From Longimicrobiales bacterium (GTDB taxonomy: Bacteria > Gemmatimonadota > Gemmatimonadetes > Longimicrobiales > Gaopeijiaceae): 64,000 bases of DNA. The notes under the pieces are model-generated. The model did not search any database. It was not told the DNA's origin and was given only the letters and a program-made list of their open reading frames with translations. Positions 22,369 through 31,875 of the stretch are shown in pieces. Position numbers and translations under genes: made by a program. The stretch's first letter is position 1, and each line of letters opens with the position of its first letter. The stretch is from NCBI GenBank assembly GCA_965219445.1, contig CBDCNQ010000004.1:736001-800000 (forward strand), given 5' to 3'.

Positions 22369-22543
22369 TGCTACCCTTATGAGAAGTTCCTTGCTGCTCA
22401 GGCGTCCGCCAGCAGTCCAACGGCGGCCTCCTCAGCAACTCCCGGATCCGCGCAGCCTGACCTAAGTACCTCTGAAGCGCCAGGGCACAGGCCCAAGATA
22501 ACTCCTAGCGGTCTTCGGCACCGCAACAATAGGTTCTTCCTCC

Positions 22544-23644
22544 ATGACCACAGTGTTGAGAACCACCCGAGCCCTCGGGAGTTGGATCACGGGCAGGTCG
22601 GCGGTGGAGGAGTACGAGACCGTCCTACCCAGGGGGGACCGTGAAATCCCGGCTTCGATCACAATCCCGAACGGAGGAGGCCGGAACCTGCCAGGATGGG
22701 TCGTTCTACATGGCATCACACGACCCGGGCGGTTCCATCCGACACTACTACGCTTCGTTCGCGCCCTCGCGTCTTCCAAGGCCGCCGTACTCGTGCCCCA
22801 GATTCCCGAGTGGGTCGACCTCCGGCTGGAGCCCGAACGGACGCTCCCGTCGGTTCGGGCCGCTCTCGATGGCCTCCGGTCTCTTCCAAACACGTCGGAT
22901 GGGCCCTATGGGCTGATCGGCTTTTCCTTCGGTGCACCGCAAGTGATGATCGCTGCCGCTCACCAAGACATCTCTGACCAGCTGGCGGGGGTCATCGGCT
23001 TCGGCGGTTATTGTGATATAGAGAGCATGGTCCGGTTTCAGATGACGGGCCGTTTCGACTGGGGTGACGCCACCCATCATCTCCGGCCCGACCCATACGG
23101 ACGGTGGATCATGGCGGGGAACCACCTCACTTCGATTCCAGACTATCGGAACGCCCAGGATGTCTCCGATGCCCTGTGGCGCCTCGCCGTCGAGGCTGGA
23201 GAACGAAGGATCCTGGCATGGGATCCCTCCTACGACACCCTTAAGGAGCAGCTGAGGGAACAGGTATCGAAGGACCGAAGAGAGATCTTCGATCTGTTCG
23301 CTCCTCCGTCGGACAGCGAGCCGGGGGAGACCGAAGCCGAACGGATTACGCCGTTGCTTACTCGCGCCGCCGTAGAGGACGCTCCCCTCTTGGACCCGCT
23401 CCCCTTCCTAGACCGGGTCGAGATTCCGGTCCAACTCCTCCACGGACGCAATGATCGCTTGATCCCATACACCGAAACGCTCCGGATGGAGGCCGCGTTC
23501 CGTGAGGAGAGGAGCGTCGACGTGACCATCACAGCACTCATGGAGCACTCTGACCAAGGGGGGCGGCTGGCCTCCATAGGGAAGGAGATCAATGAGGGCG
23601 CGAAGTTGCTGCGTTCGCTCGGGCGCCTACTGGGCACCGTCTAG
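22544..23644 (+). CDS. Alpha/beta hydrolase fold protein
   Basis: VVLHG, GFSFG nucleophile elbow, LLHGRNDRLIP, late His. Confidence 0.75.
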   Translation: MTTVLRTTRALGSWITGRSAVEEYETVLPRGDREIPASITIPNGGGRNLPGWVVLHGITRPGRFHPTLLRFVRALASSKAAVLVPQIPEWVDLRLEPERTLPSVRAALDGLRSLPNTSDGPYGLIGFSFGAPQVMIAAAHQDISDQLAGVIGFGGYCDIESMVRFQMTGRFDWGDATHHLRPDPYGRWIMAGNHLTSIPDYRNAQDVSDALWRLAVEAGERRILAWDPSYDTLKEQLREQVSKDRREIFDLFAPPSDSEPGETEAERITPLLTRAAVEDAPLLDPLPFLDRVEIPVQLLHGRNDRLIPYTETLRMEAAFREERSVDVTITALMEHSDQGGRLASIGKEINEGAKLLRSLGRLLGTV

Positions 23645-23687
23645 AGAAGCCTACTGAAGAAGGGAGGCGAGGCGTGTGAGGGAGCGC

Positions 23688-24550
23688 TCACCTTCCTGAG
23701 AGAAGCTGTGCGGCGGCCGAGCTGATCTCCGGATCCTTGTCGGCCCTGGCCTTCTTGACCAGGCTCACGGCATGAGGCATGCCTATGGAAGCGAGCGCCT
23801 TGAGGCCGGCCAGGCGTACTCCCTTCGGCGGACGTTGGAAGAGGGACCTCTTCACCCGCTTCTCGATCTCCGGCACCGCCGATGGGTCGCCCAACGCTCC
23901 CAGCGCCTGAAGAACCTGTTCCATCACTGATTCCTCGTCTCCGCCCTTGACGATCTCAATGAGCTGCTTATACGCCCGCTCCACCTTGAGCGCGGAAACC
24001 GCCCGGGCGGCCTCGGTCCGCACCTCGGAGTCGGAATCCCCTAGCATGCTCGATACCAACAAGCCGGCATTCTCACCGCCGATCTTGGCAAGTGACCGGA
24101 CCGTCTCCCGCCGGACCCCGGCGTGTGCATTCGCCAGGGTGGCAGTCAGAGGTTCGATCCCACTCTCTCCACCCACCGCACCGAGCACGGCAACGGCATT
24201 GCGGACGACAAACCAACTAGAGTCCCGCAGCATCCTCTCGACCGCTTGGGCACCCACCGAACCGAACCCCGCGAGAGCAGCCACATAGGTCTTACGAGCC
24301 AAGCGATCTTCGGTGATCGTGAGGGCGCCGGCGATCGCCTCGGCAACCGAGTCGCCCAACCTTACAAAGGCTCCGATGAGCGCCTCACGCTCTTCCTCGT
24401 CCCGAATGCTCCCGAGCGAGACCACCATCCGTGCGAGCAGGTCCTCATCCATCAACTCACCGGCTAAATTCTCGACCCCCACATCCCCGTCGGCTTGGAG
24501 AAGCAGGCGGTTTACGCTCGAGGCGATCTCACCCAAGGCGCCGGCGGCGG
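23688..24550 (-). pseudogene. HEAT-repeat protein, 5'-truncated at the IS3 right end
   Basis: HEAT repeats (WFVVRNAVAVLG, VRRETVRSLAKIGG, VRTEAARAV); reading frame runs directly into the IS terminus at 24551. Confidence 0.75.
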
Positions 24551-25378
24551 TGACGTACCCCCTCCTGCGGTACCACTTGCTATGTTAGACCTGAAGCCAT
24601 TGGCGGTCCCTGGAGCTGAGGCATTCTGAGGAACCAAGGTGATGGTTTCAATGCTTCCGGAGCGGGGGGTAGACCGCCGCAGGCGCTGTGGGGTCGAACG
24701 GTATTGTACACCCGCCGCCACTGCTCGACGAGTACGACGGCCTCGGGCAGTGTGTAAAAGATCTCTCCGTTCAAGAACTCGTTCCTCAGCTTGCCGTTGA
24801 AGCTCTCGTTGTAGCCGTTCTCCCACGGACTGCCCGGCGCGATGTAGAGGATCTGGACCCGCAGCCTGGCCAGCCATCTCCGCACCAGTTTCGCCGTGAA
24901 CTCTGGCCCGTTGTCCGAGCGCAGATGCTCGGGCGGACCGTGCCGAGCGAAGAGATCGGTGAGCACCTCGAGAACGTCGTGAGCTCGAGTCTTTCGACCG
25001 ACCTTGATCGCCAGACACTGCCGCGTGTACTCGTCGAGCACGGTCAGAAGCTTCAGCGCACGGCCGTCATGGGTCCTCGTGCTTACGAAGTCGTAGGACC
25101 ACACGTGATTCTTGTGCAGTGGCCTGAGCCGGATGCACGAGCCATCGTTGAGCCACAACCGACCCCGTTTCGGTTGCCGTCTGGGCACTTTCAGCCCCTC
25201 CTGCCTCCAGATACGCTCCACACGCTTGTGGTTCACCTCCCAGCCCTCGATGCGTAGCAGGTTCGTGATCTGTCGATACCCGTACCTGCCGAACCGGCTC
25301 GCCAACCGTATCACGTCCGTGCGTAGCGCCGACTCGTCGACCCGCACCTTCTTCACCCGACGCTGAGTCGAGCGCCGA
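24551..25378 (-). mobile_element. IS3-family (IS407-like) element remnant: right end plus OrfB; OrfA and left end missing
   Basis: Terminus TGACGTACCCCC at 24551 (reads ...GGGGGTACGTCA on the transposase strand); OrfB motifs [37 protein letters not shown]. Confidence 0.88.
24580..25378 (-). pseudogene. IS3-family transposase OrfB (DDE integrase core), lacking its native 5' part
   Basis: DDE motifs present; the called ORF's first residues (MRSVVRVY) come from tRNA-derived sequence. Confidence 0.85.
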
Positions 25379-25410
25379 TAGACTCGAACTACCGACCTCA
25401 CGCTTATCAG
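25379..25410 (-). repeat. 32-bp copy of the tRNA-Ile 3' half (att site copy 2)
   Basis: TAGACTCGAACTACCGACCTCACGCTTATCAG is identical to 30790-30821; begins at the anticodon loop CTGATAA. Confidence 0.92.
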
Positions 25411-25421
25411 ATATGAGTCGA

Positions 25422-25526
25422 GCGCTCGTGGGCGCTCGTGGGCGCTGGAAACAGGGGGATTTGGCCGATTCTGCGCTGGTGGGCGCTCGCCAGCGCTGGC
25501 CAGCGATGATACAGGTTTTGTTACAG
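25422..25526. repeat. Phased GCGCT repeats (10-bp period) and a TGNTACAG pair (12-bp period) next to the att copy
   Basis: GCGCT at 25422, 25432, 25442, 25473, 25483, 25493; TGATACAG 25507 and TGTTACAG 25519. Confidence 0.7.
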
Positions 25527-25692
25527 CTTTCTCAACACGCTAGGGGACGTTTCGTCCTCATCAGGTAGCCAAACCCAGCGAGTTCCTTCTGCAACAACAC
25601 CTTCTATCGATCTTGTGCCCAGCACTTCGGTTTCACCTAAGTCTGTCTTTTGTAGACGTCAAGTTGCCATATATTGACGTTCACTCGGAGTC

Positions 25693-26601
25693 CTACCCCG
25701 AGCAGTACTGAAACCGGATCAGTTGTTTGGGCTCTGAGTACCACCAGGACTGGAAGTGCGCTGAGGGGTCTGCAGGCCAATCAAGAATTCGAGCGGGCAC
25801 AACAACCGGTAAAGGGTCAACACCAAACGGGTACGGTTCGCAAATGATACGTCCTTCACTTGCCGGTTTCACCTTAATCGTCACTCGATCCTCCCAGCTC
25901 CTCCGGGGAACGTCGAGCAGGTCGAACTCGTCATCTCCAAATCCCTTGGCGGTACCTGTGCGAGGGGGAATGAGTGGTGAGCAGAGTGACAGCGACAGCC
26001 CATCTAGGAGTTGGAGCAATCGAGCATGCGGGTTCAAATGTTCCCTATCGATCCAGGCTGCGTAAGTTTGGTCCTTACGAAGCCGTGCAATAAATGCGTC
26101 CTGCATCTCTTTGATCTCGTCAACAAAACCACGAGCAATATCGAGTCCCTCCCCCATAAGGCTCGTTGACGAACCTTTCCAGAACAACGGATGAGCAAAA
26201 GCAGGGTCCGGGTCGGTTTGAATTCCATGGGCATAGAGCCAATACCCCTGAAAACTGATGAGCAGACTCGCATAGGGATGGTCTCGACTGAAGCGAGGAA
26301 TTCCGAGTCGCCACCGATTCATGGCTTCCTGCCGGTTCTTCGGCAAGTCCGTAAGATCCAACGGAAGCCCATCGACCTCTGAAAGTTCAGGAGTAGCTTC
26401 CCATTCCCACCAGCCGTTGTCGTGCTGGGCAATGGCCAACACGACCTCGGCCCGCAACTGCTCGGGATCATCTGCGCTGGCGAACTGTCCAGGACGAGCA
26501 AACTCGTCGTTTCCCCAATTGGCAGCAAGAAGCCCTGCCAGCTCAGCATGGTCTGGCTGGCTGACCAACCACATCTGTTTATCACGCAGAGTTTTCAGCA
26601 T
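25693..26601 (-). CDS. DUF3891-like protein
   Basis: LVSQPDHAELAGLLAANWGN, AIAQHDNGW, LDGLSL, PYPF; start moved to ATG 26601. Confidence 0.75.
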   Translation of the reverse strand: MLKTLRDKQMWLVSQPDHAELAGLLAANWGNDEFARPGQFASADDPEQLRAEVVLAIAQHDNGWWEWEATPELSEVDGLPLDLTDLPKNRQEAMNRWRLGIPRFSRDHPYASLLISFQGYWLYAHGIQTDPDPAFAHPLFWKGSSTSLMGEGLDIARGFVDEIKEMQDAFIARLRKDQTYAAWIDREHLNPHARLLQLLDGLSLSLCSPLIPPRTGTAKGFGDDEFDLLDVPRRSWEDRVTIKVKPASEGRIICEPYPFGVDPLPVVVPARILDWPADPSAHFQSWWYSEPKQLIRFQYCSG

Positions 26602-26641
26602 AGTATTTCCGTTGGGACAATTGTGAGCCTCTCTTGGAGAG

Positions 26642-26716
26642 GTGCTCCGCCAGTATCTGAATAGCCACACCCCGGTTGAGATTGGTATCGGTGGCACGGT
26701 AGACCTCGCCCATGCC
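26642..26716 (-). pseudogene. Short remnant of a Ser/Thr kinase N-lobe
   Basis: Translates to GMGEVYRATDTNLNRGVAIQILAEH (kinase subdomains I-II, catalytic K replaced by Q); not in the ORF track. Confidence 0.7.
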
Positions 26717-27044
26717 GCAGGGATAGGCGATTCAAAGGCCCTTGGCCGAGTTCAGCAGCCTCCTCGAGAGAGCTGAGGCACCCCAAGAACGTTGTGTTGG
26801 GAGGCCGTGTCCATGCCAAGGTGCCCTGTCACCGTTCACCCATGCAAGGATGTGACGATCGGATGCGTGGATGGGCAAGAGGTGTGGAACGGATCCGACC
26901 CCGCGTCGGGGACGGAGGGTCCGTGGTCCGTCGGGCAGGCCACGATGTGAATGGCAGAAGTGACGTTGGCCGGCCCCATCGCTTTGTAAGCACGACACCG
27001 ACCGACATCGCAGTGGCACCGCCCAATCCGGCGAATACGCCTAT

Positions 27045-27164
27045 TCAAAGATATTTGACTAAACCACCGCCAAATTTTTCTACCAGTGGCTTGGCGTGGT
27101 CAACATATTCCTGAAATTTTTGGCCATCTTTGATTGTAATATCGATCATATAAAACGCCTTCAT
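27045..27164 (-). pseudogene. N-terminal fragment of a DUF1330-like protein
   Basis: MKAFYMIDITIKDGQKFQEYVDHAKPLVEKFGG, then a premature stop. Confidence 0.55.
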
Positions 27165-27300
27165 TTTCTGTTCCTTTCTCTGTTTGATCCAACCGAAAAC
27201 TAAAATTCTAGACGCCGAATGTGTCCACAATAAACGTCTGCCCTTTTATTTGCTAAAAACAATCTCGCCGCATGGCATTGAGAAAACACGTTGAGTTGAC

Positions 27301-27360
27301 ATGGGACGACCGCTTGCATTTGACCGCAAAACAGCTATCGACGCCGCGCTAGCGGCTTGC
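27301..27360 (+). pseudogene. N-terminal fragment of a TetR-family regulator
   Basis: MGRPLAFDRKTAIDAAL resembles the TetR MGRPREFD start; divergent from the DUF1330-like fragment; similarity lost afterwards. Confidence 0.5.
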
Positions 27361-27665
27361 AATTCGCTCGACCGCATGGTTAGAAGTCGCGCTTTAGCAC
27401 CAGCGGAGACGGTTGTCCCCACTAAATCAAGGACCGACGTTGGGGGGGAGGCGCTGGTCCTCGCGCTGCGTCACTAAGCTAGAGCATGCCTAGGGTCGTA
27501 CGCCACCACATCGGCGTACAGAACCCCAGTCGCTTGCCCACCAAGTGCACCCGACGGCCCCCCTGAAAACGCCATCTTGCTACAGCCAGTGATATTGCCC
27601 TCACGCCTTTCTTGATACAGTAAAGCCCCGAAGTCCCTAAGGCCTTGCGGGGCTGCTACTTAAAA

Positions 27666-27712
27666 AATGGGCCTGGGTAGACTCGAACTACCGACCTCAC
27701 GCTTATCAGGCG
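27666..27712 (-). repeat. 47-bp copy of the tRNA-Ile 3' half (att site copy 1)
   Basis: Identical to 30778-30824 (AATGGGCCTGGG...CTTATCAGGCG). Confidence 0.95.
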
Positions 27713-27813
27713 CCTGAGTAGGGGTCGGAATCACGGCAGGATGCCGGAAAATCTAGATGGATCGCGCGATTTGCCGCTTTCGCGAGTCCTAGATGTCGTG
27801 ATCTGCCGGGTTC

Positions 27814-27837
27814 AATCGACAGGACAATCGACAGGAC
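27814..27837 (+). repeat. Tandem 12-bp repeat AATCGACAGGAC x2, candidate integrase arm-type site
   Basis: About 100 bp inside the att copy; the same doublet recurs at 30686-30708. Confidence 0.8.
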
Positions 27838-28232
27838 ACCCGACCGGAACCGTCCATGGATCGCCCGCCTAAGATCGACGAAGTCGCACCGACTGGATGC
27901 GACCTCAAATGGGCGACCCACTGAACCCCATTCATTATTCGGGGTGTTTTCCTGAGTTGGGCTGAGTCGGGTTCAGTGCCGTAAGTGTATTCTCCGTTAT
28001 CACTTACGTGGGGTTGTTCCTCCGATCAGTATTTCCCTCTTCTCCCCCGTTTGGCTGAGTTGGCACACAAAACGGAGGTCTGAATCGGCCCATTGGGACG
28101 GGGTTTCGGGGGGTCGAGCGGTCGCTAAGCACACTTTGGCCGGGGGGGGCCGTGAAGGAGGCCAGGCCCTCGACTACTCCCCATTAGGCAGATGCTTGCC
28201 GGGTCACACGCCCTAGACACATCTTGTCCGCC

Positions 28233-30470
28233 ATGTCCGACCCCATCACGCGTCTGAACGCAGCCCTCGAGGGCCACTACGCCATCGAGCGTGAGCTGGG
28301 CGAGGGCGGCATGGCCACGGTCTACCTGGCCGACGACCTCAAGCACAACCGGAAGGTGGCGCTCAAAGTTCTGAAGCCCGAGCTGGCAGCCGTTACGGGT
28401 GCCGACCGGTTCCTGGCAGAAATCCGCACCACCGCCAACCTCCAGCATCCCCACATTCTGCCGCTCTTCGACTCCGGCGAGGCCGACGGCTTCATGTACT
28501 ATGTGATGCCATACGTGGAGGGTAGGTCTCTCCGAGAAGAGCTCGACCGTGAAAAGCAGCTTTCCATCCATGACGCTCTCGCGATCGCGAATCAGGTCGC
28601 AGACGCGTTATGGTCTGCGCACAGGCAGGGGGTGGTCCACAGAGACATCAAGCCCGAGAACATTCTTCTCAGGGAAGATCACGCGGTCGTGGCCGACTTC
28701 GGGATTGCGCTGGCTCTGACCGCAGCTGGAGGTGAGCGTCTCACGGGGACCGGGCTTTCAGTCGGTACGCCGGACTACATGAGTCCCGAACAGGTGGTTG
28801 GTGATCGTGAAATCGATGGGCGGAGCGACATCTATTCGTTGTCGTGCGTCTTGTATGAAATGCTGGCCGGCGTCCCCCCCTTTGTGGCCTCGACTCCCCA
28901 GGCAGTCGTCGCGCGACACCTGACCGATCCGGCACCGCCCATTACTACCGTGCGACCGGGGGTGTCCTCGACCGTCGCGGGTGCCATCGCGAGAGCGCTC
29001 AACAAGGTCCCTGCCGACAGACATGAATCGGCCAAGGCCTTTCAGGAGGCATTGTCTGCGACGGCGGAAGAGGTTGAGGCAAGTAGAAAGTCGATTGCGG
29101 TGCTGCCGTTCGCGAACCTCAGCACCGATGCCGAGCAGGAGTACTTCTGCGACGGGATGACGGAAGAGATCATCAACGCTCTCAGCCACGTCGAGGATTT
29201 AAAGGTGATTGCCAGGACATCGGCGTTCGCGTTCAAGGGCCGCCATGAGGACGTCCGGGAAATCGGCAGAGCCCTCGACGTCAAACACCTGCTCGAGGGG
29301 AGCGTTAGGAGCGCCGGAAATCGACTCCGGATTACGGCCCAGCTCATCAAGACCGCCGATGGCAGCCACCTGTGGTCGGAGCGGTACGACCGCGACATGG
29401 ACGATATCTTCGCCGTACAGGACGAGATCGCCCTAGCCATTGTGGACATCCTGAAAGCGAGACTGGTTACGGCAGAAAGAGAGGCTCTCACCAAGCGTTA
29501 CACCGATGACTCGGAGCTCTACAATCTGTACCTCCTGGGTCGGCATCACTGGCACAGATTCACCCCGGAAGGCTTCGAGTTCAGTGAGCGCTACATGGAG
29601 CAGGCTATCGAGAAGGACCCGGATTTCGCTTTGGCGCACGTGGGAATCGCCGAAGTGGCCCACATGAAACCGTTCTTCGCGAATGCGCCACCGAAGGCCG
29701 TCATTCCCAAAGCCAAGGCCCACGTGGAAAGAGCTCTGGAGATCGACCCCAACCTGGCGGAAGCTCACGCCATTTTGGGCCGGTTCCACACCTTCTACGA
29801 CTGGGATTGGGAGAGAGCTGAGCGAGAATATCAACTCGCCTTGGCCCACAACCCCAATTCAGCGACCGCGCACAACTTCTATGCATCTCTGTTGTCCCTT
29901 ACGGGGCGGCATGACAAGGCCGTGGAGGAAGCGTCGCGAGCCCGGGAACTCGATCCGTTGGCCGTTTTCATCAACGCCATCAAAGGCGAGCGAACCTACC
30001 ATGCCGGTCGGTTTGAGGAAGCTATCGTCGACCTGAAAGAGACGATTGCCATGGACCCGGGGTACTTCTACGCCCATCTCCTTCTTGGCTGGACCTACTG
30101 GTCGGCTGAAAGCTGGGAGGAGGCGATATCGGAGTACGAGACCGCACTTTCCCTCTCAAACAGAGACCCCATGGTTGTGTTCAGCCTCGCGAACGCCTAC
30201 CGGCAAACCGATCGCGAAAGGGAAGCGGACGAGCTTCTGAACGAAGTCGAGGACGAGGCCAAACACAAATTCATACCGCCCCTATACCTGTTCTCCATGT
30301 ACAAGGTGCGGGGTGATCTTGATCGGGCGTTCGAGTGGTTCGAAAAGGCCGTCGAGGAGCGTGATTCCATGCTTCCGTTTTGTCTGACCTGGCCGGGCGA
30401 CGAGTTGAGAATCCCCGATGAGCCAAGGTTTCACCAGGCGTTGGACCGACTAAGAAGCCCCCAGACGTAG
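28233..30470 (+). CDS. Hanks-type Ser/Thr protein kinase + TolB-like domain + TPR repeats
   Basis: GEGGMATVY, VALKVL, HRDIKPEN, DFG, GTPDYMSPEQ; SIAVLPFANLS..LEGSVR; TPRs; ATG 28233. Confidence 0.93.
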   Translation: MSDPITRLNAALEGHYAIERELGEGGMATVYLADDLKHNRKVALKVLKPELAAVTGADRFLAEIRTTANLQHPHILPLFDSGEADGFMYYVMPYVEGRSLREELDREKQLSIHDALAIANQVADALWSAHRQGVVHRDIKPENILLREDHAVVADFGIALALTAAGGERLTGTGLSVGTPDYMSPEQVVGDREIDGRSDIYSLSCVLYEMLAGVPPFVASTPQAVVARHLTDPAPPITTVRPGVSSTVAGAIARALNKVPADRHESAKAFQEALSATAEEVEASRKSIAVLPFANLSTDAEQEYFCDGMTEEIINALSHVEDLKVIARTSAFAFKGRHEDVREIGRALDVKHLLEGSVRSAGNRLRITAQLIKTADGSHLWSERYDRDMDDIFAVQDEIALAIVDILKARLVTAEREALTKRYTDDSELYNLYLLGRHHWHRFTPEGFEFSERYMEQAIEKDPDFALAHVGIAEVAHMKPFFANAPPKAVIPKAKAHVERALEIDPNLAEAHAILGRFHTFYDWDWERAEREYQLALAHNPNSATAHNFYASLLSLTGRHDKAVEEASRARELDPLAVFINAIKGERTYHAGRFEEAIVDLKETIAMDPGYFYAHLLLGWTYWSAESWEEAISEYETALSLSNRDPMVVFSLANAYRQTDREREADELLNEVEDEAKHKFIPPLYLFSMYKVRGDLDRAFEWFEKAVEERDSMLPFCLTWPGDELRIPDEPRFHQALDRLRSPQT

Positions 30471-30685
30471 AGGTGGGGAACTGACCCCGCACCGACCCAC
30501 TGAAGCACCATCAGGTTCACTGATACCCCTAACATGACACGCCCTTGCTCATGCAGCATGAGGTCCTCGATGGCCGACGGACTAGAGCAGACCAGGTGGC
30601 TGAGGTTGACCAGCGTCACATCACATAACGCCTGACTCAGGCTCTCGCCTCTTGGGACGCCCGCGGGCAGCCGAACATCGCTGCG

Positions 30686-30708
30686 AATCGACAGGACAAT
30701 CGACAGGA
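30686..30708 (+). repeat. Tandem AATCGACAGGA(C) doublet, candidate arm-type site
   Basis: 23 bp identical to 27814-27836; about 70 bp from the tRNA 3' end. Confidence 0.8.
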
Positions 30709-30779
30709 AGGGCCGATCTACCGGAAGCAAGAACCCCGCCCGGCCACGTAAGACCAAGCGGGGCTTCGATTTCCATCAA

Positions 30780-30853
<74 letters not shown>

Positions 30854-31064
30854 CGCGACAACTTACAGATTCGGTGTGCGATGTTTTGTGCAAGAACGAA
30901 CCGTCTCATGCCCGCTTCTCCCTCCACTCACCACCGCTGAGAACGACAGATAAGATAGTGTCGGTGTCGGCCTGCTGGTAGGCACGTTTGAGGCTCCCAG
31001 TGTCCTTCCAGCCACCGGCGGCGGCCACGTCCCACCAGCCCACCGCCGAGATCGGTGGGACGGG

Positions 31065-31097
31065 AAAAGCCCCGGTGAGCTAGCTGCTCACCGGGGC
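31065..31097 (-). terminator. Rho-independent terminator
   Basis: Perfect 12-bp stem GCCCCGGTGAGC/GCTCACCGGGGC followed by TTTT on the minus strand. Confidence 0.8.
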
Positions 31098-31157
31098 CAC
31101 TGGAACGTCGCCAGATTCCTGGGCCGCCGCGCCTCGGACCAGGCGCGGGTCAGATGC

Positions 31158-31682
31158 CTAGCTTGAAACGATACGGGCCCCTGAGCGCGCCAGGGTTGCC
31201 TCCAGACGGAGCTCGATCACTTGATCCGATCGTATCGACAACCCCCGGGTCTTGATCCCGTCAGGCTCGAGCCAGGTTTGGCTGAGATGGTGTCTTGGCA
31301 GGACCGGATAGACCTTGATCTGAACCGTGTGGGTTCCCCAGACCAAGCCCGAGGGAATGTGCAGGTCCTTCGACTTGGAGGGGCCAACCATACCCAGCCA
31401 GTGACGGTGCTGGTCGGAATCGACCAGGTACACCCGCACCCAGCGGCGGTGGTTGTTCATGACGCGGACCGTCGGGTCTCCCTCAACGCTGGAGGCCACC
31501 CCCCGCGGGGCGACACGGTCGAATATATCGGCTTGCAGGGTCGTCGTCCCTGCCGTAGCTGCCAGCAGCGCCAACGCGAAAGCGACGCGTGAGATCATCT
31601 TCATCATCATCCTCCTCATTCCTGTCCAGAGTAATTTGAGCATCAGGACGCCTCGTCCCGTAGTTGGCAGTGAGTGCGCCAA
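31158..31682 (-). CDS. Hypothetical exported protein
   Basis: Signal-peptide-like segment (ISRVAFALALLAATA); followed by a terminator; real start probably near 31609. Confidence 0.6.
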   Translation of the reverse strand: MAHSLPTTGRGVLMLKLLWTGMRRMMMKMISRVAFALALLAATAGTTTLQADIFDRVAPRGVASSVEGDPTVRVMNNHRRWVRVYLVDSDQHRHWLGMVGPSKSKDLHIPSGLVWGTHTVQIKVYPVLPRHHLSQTWLEPDGIKTRGLSIRSDQVIELRLEATLARSGARIVSS

Positions 31683-31875
31683 GGACTCGATTTCTTACAC
31701 TCCCCACCCCTGGATTCGCGTCGACTGTGACGGGTCGTATATTTGTGTTCTAACGGCCTCGCGACTCTGCTGCGACAGCCAGAAGTGGGTAACATCTACA
31801 GCAACACCCTCGGCAGCTCCGATGCGAAGATCCCCCACGCGATGATCACGTCCGACATGGCAAGGAGAAGGTGAC

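Larger units (their letters stand above)
25411..27665. mobile_element. Integrated islet 2 at tRNA-Ile, no integrase, decayed cargo
   Basis: Bounded by tRNA 3'-half direct repeats; visibly more AT-rich than the flanks; terminal TGNTACAG repeats. Confidence 0.75.
27713..30777. mobile_element. Integrated islet 1 at tRNA-Ile carrying a Ser/Thr kinase gene, no integrase
   Basis: Flanked by a 47-bp tRNA direct repeat; tandem AATCGACAGGAC repeats near both ends. Confidence 0.8.

Noticed and set aside
25530..25650. Minus-strand peptide LGTRSIEGVVAEGTR as a gene
   Set aside because: Too short, with no convincing start or family assignment; at most another fragment
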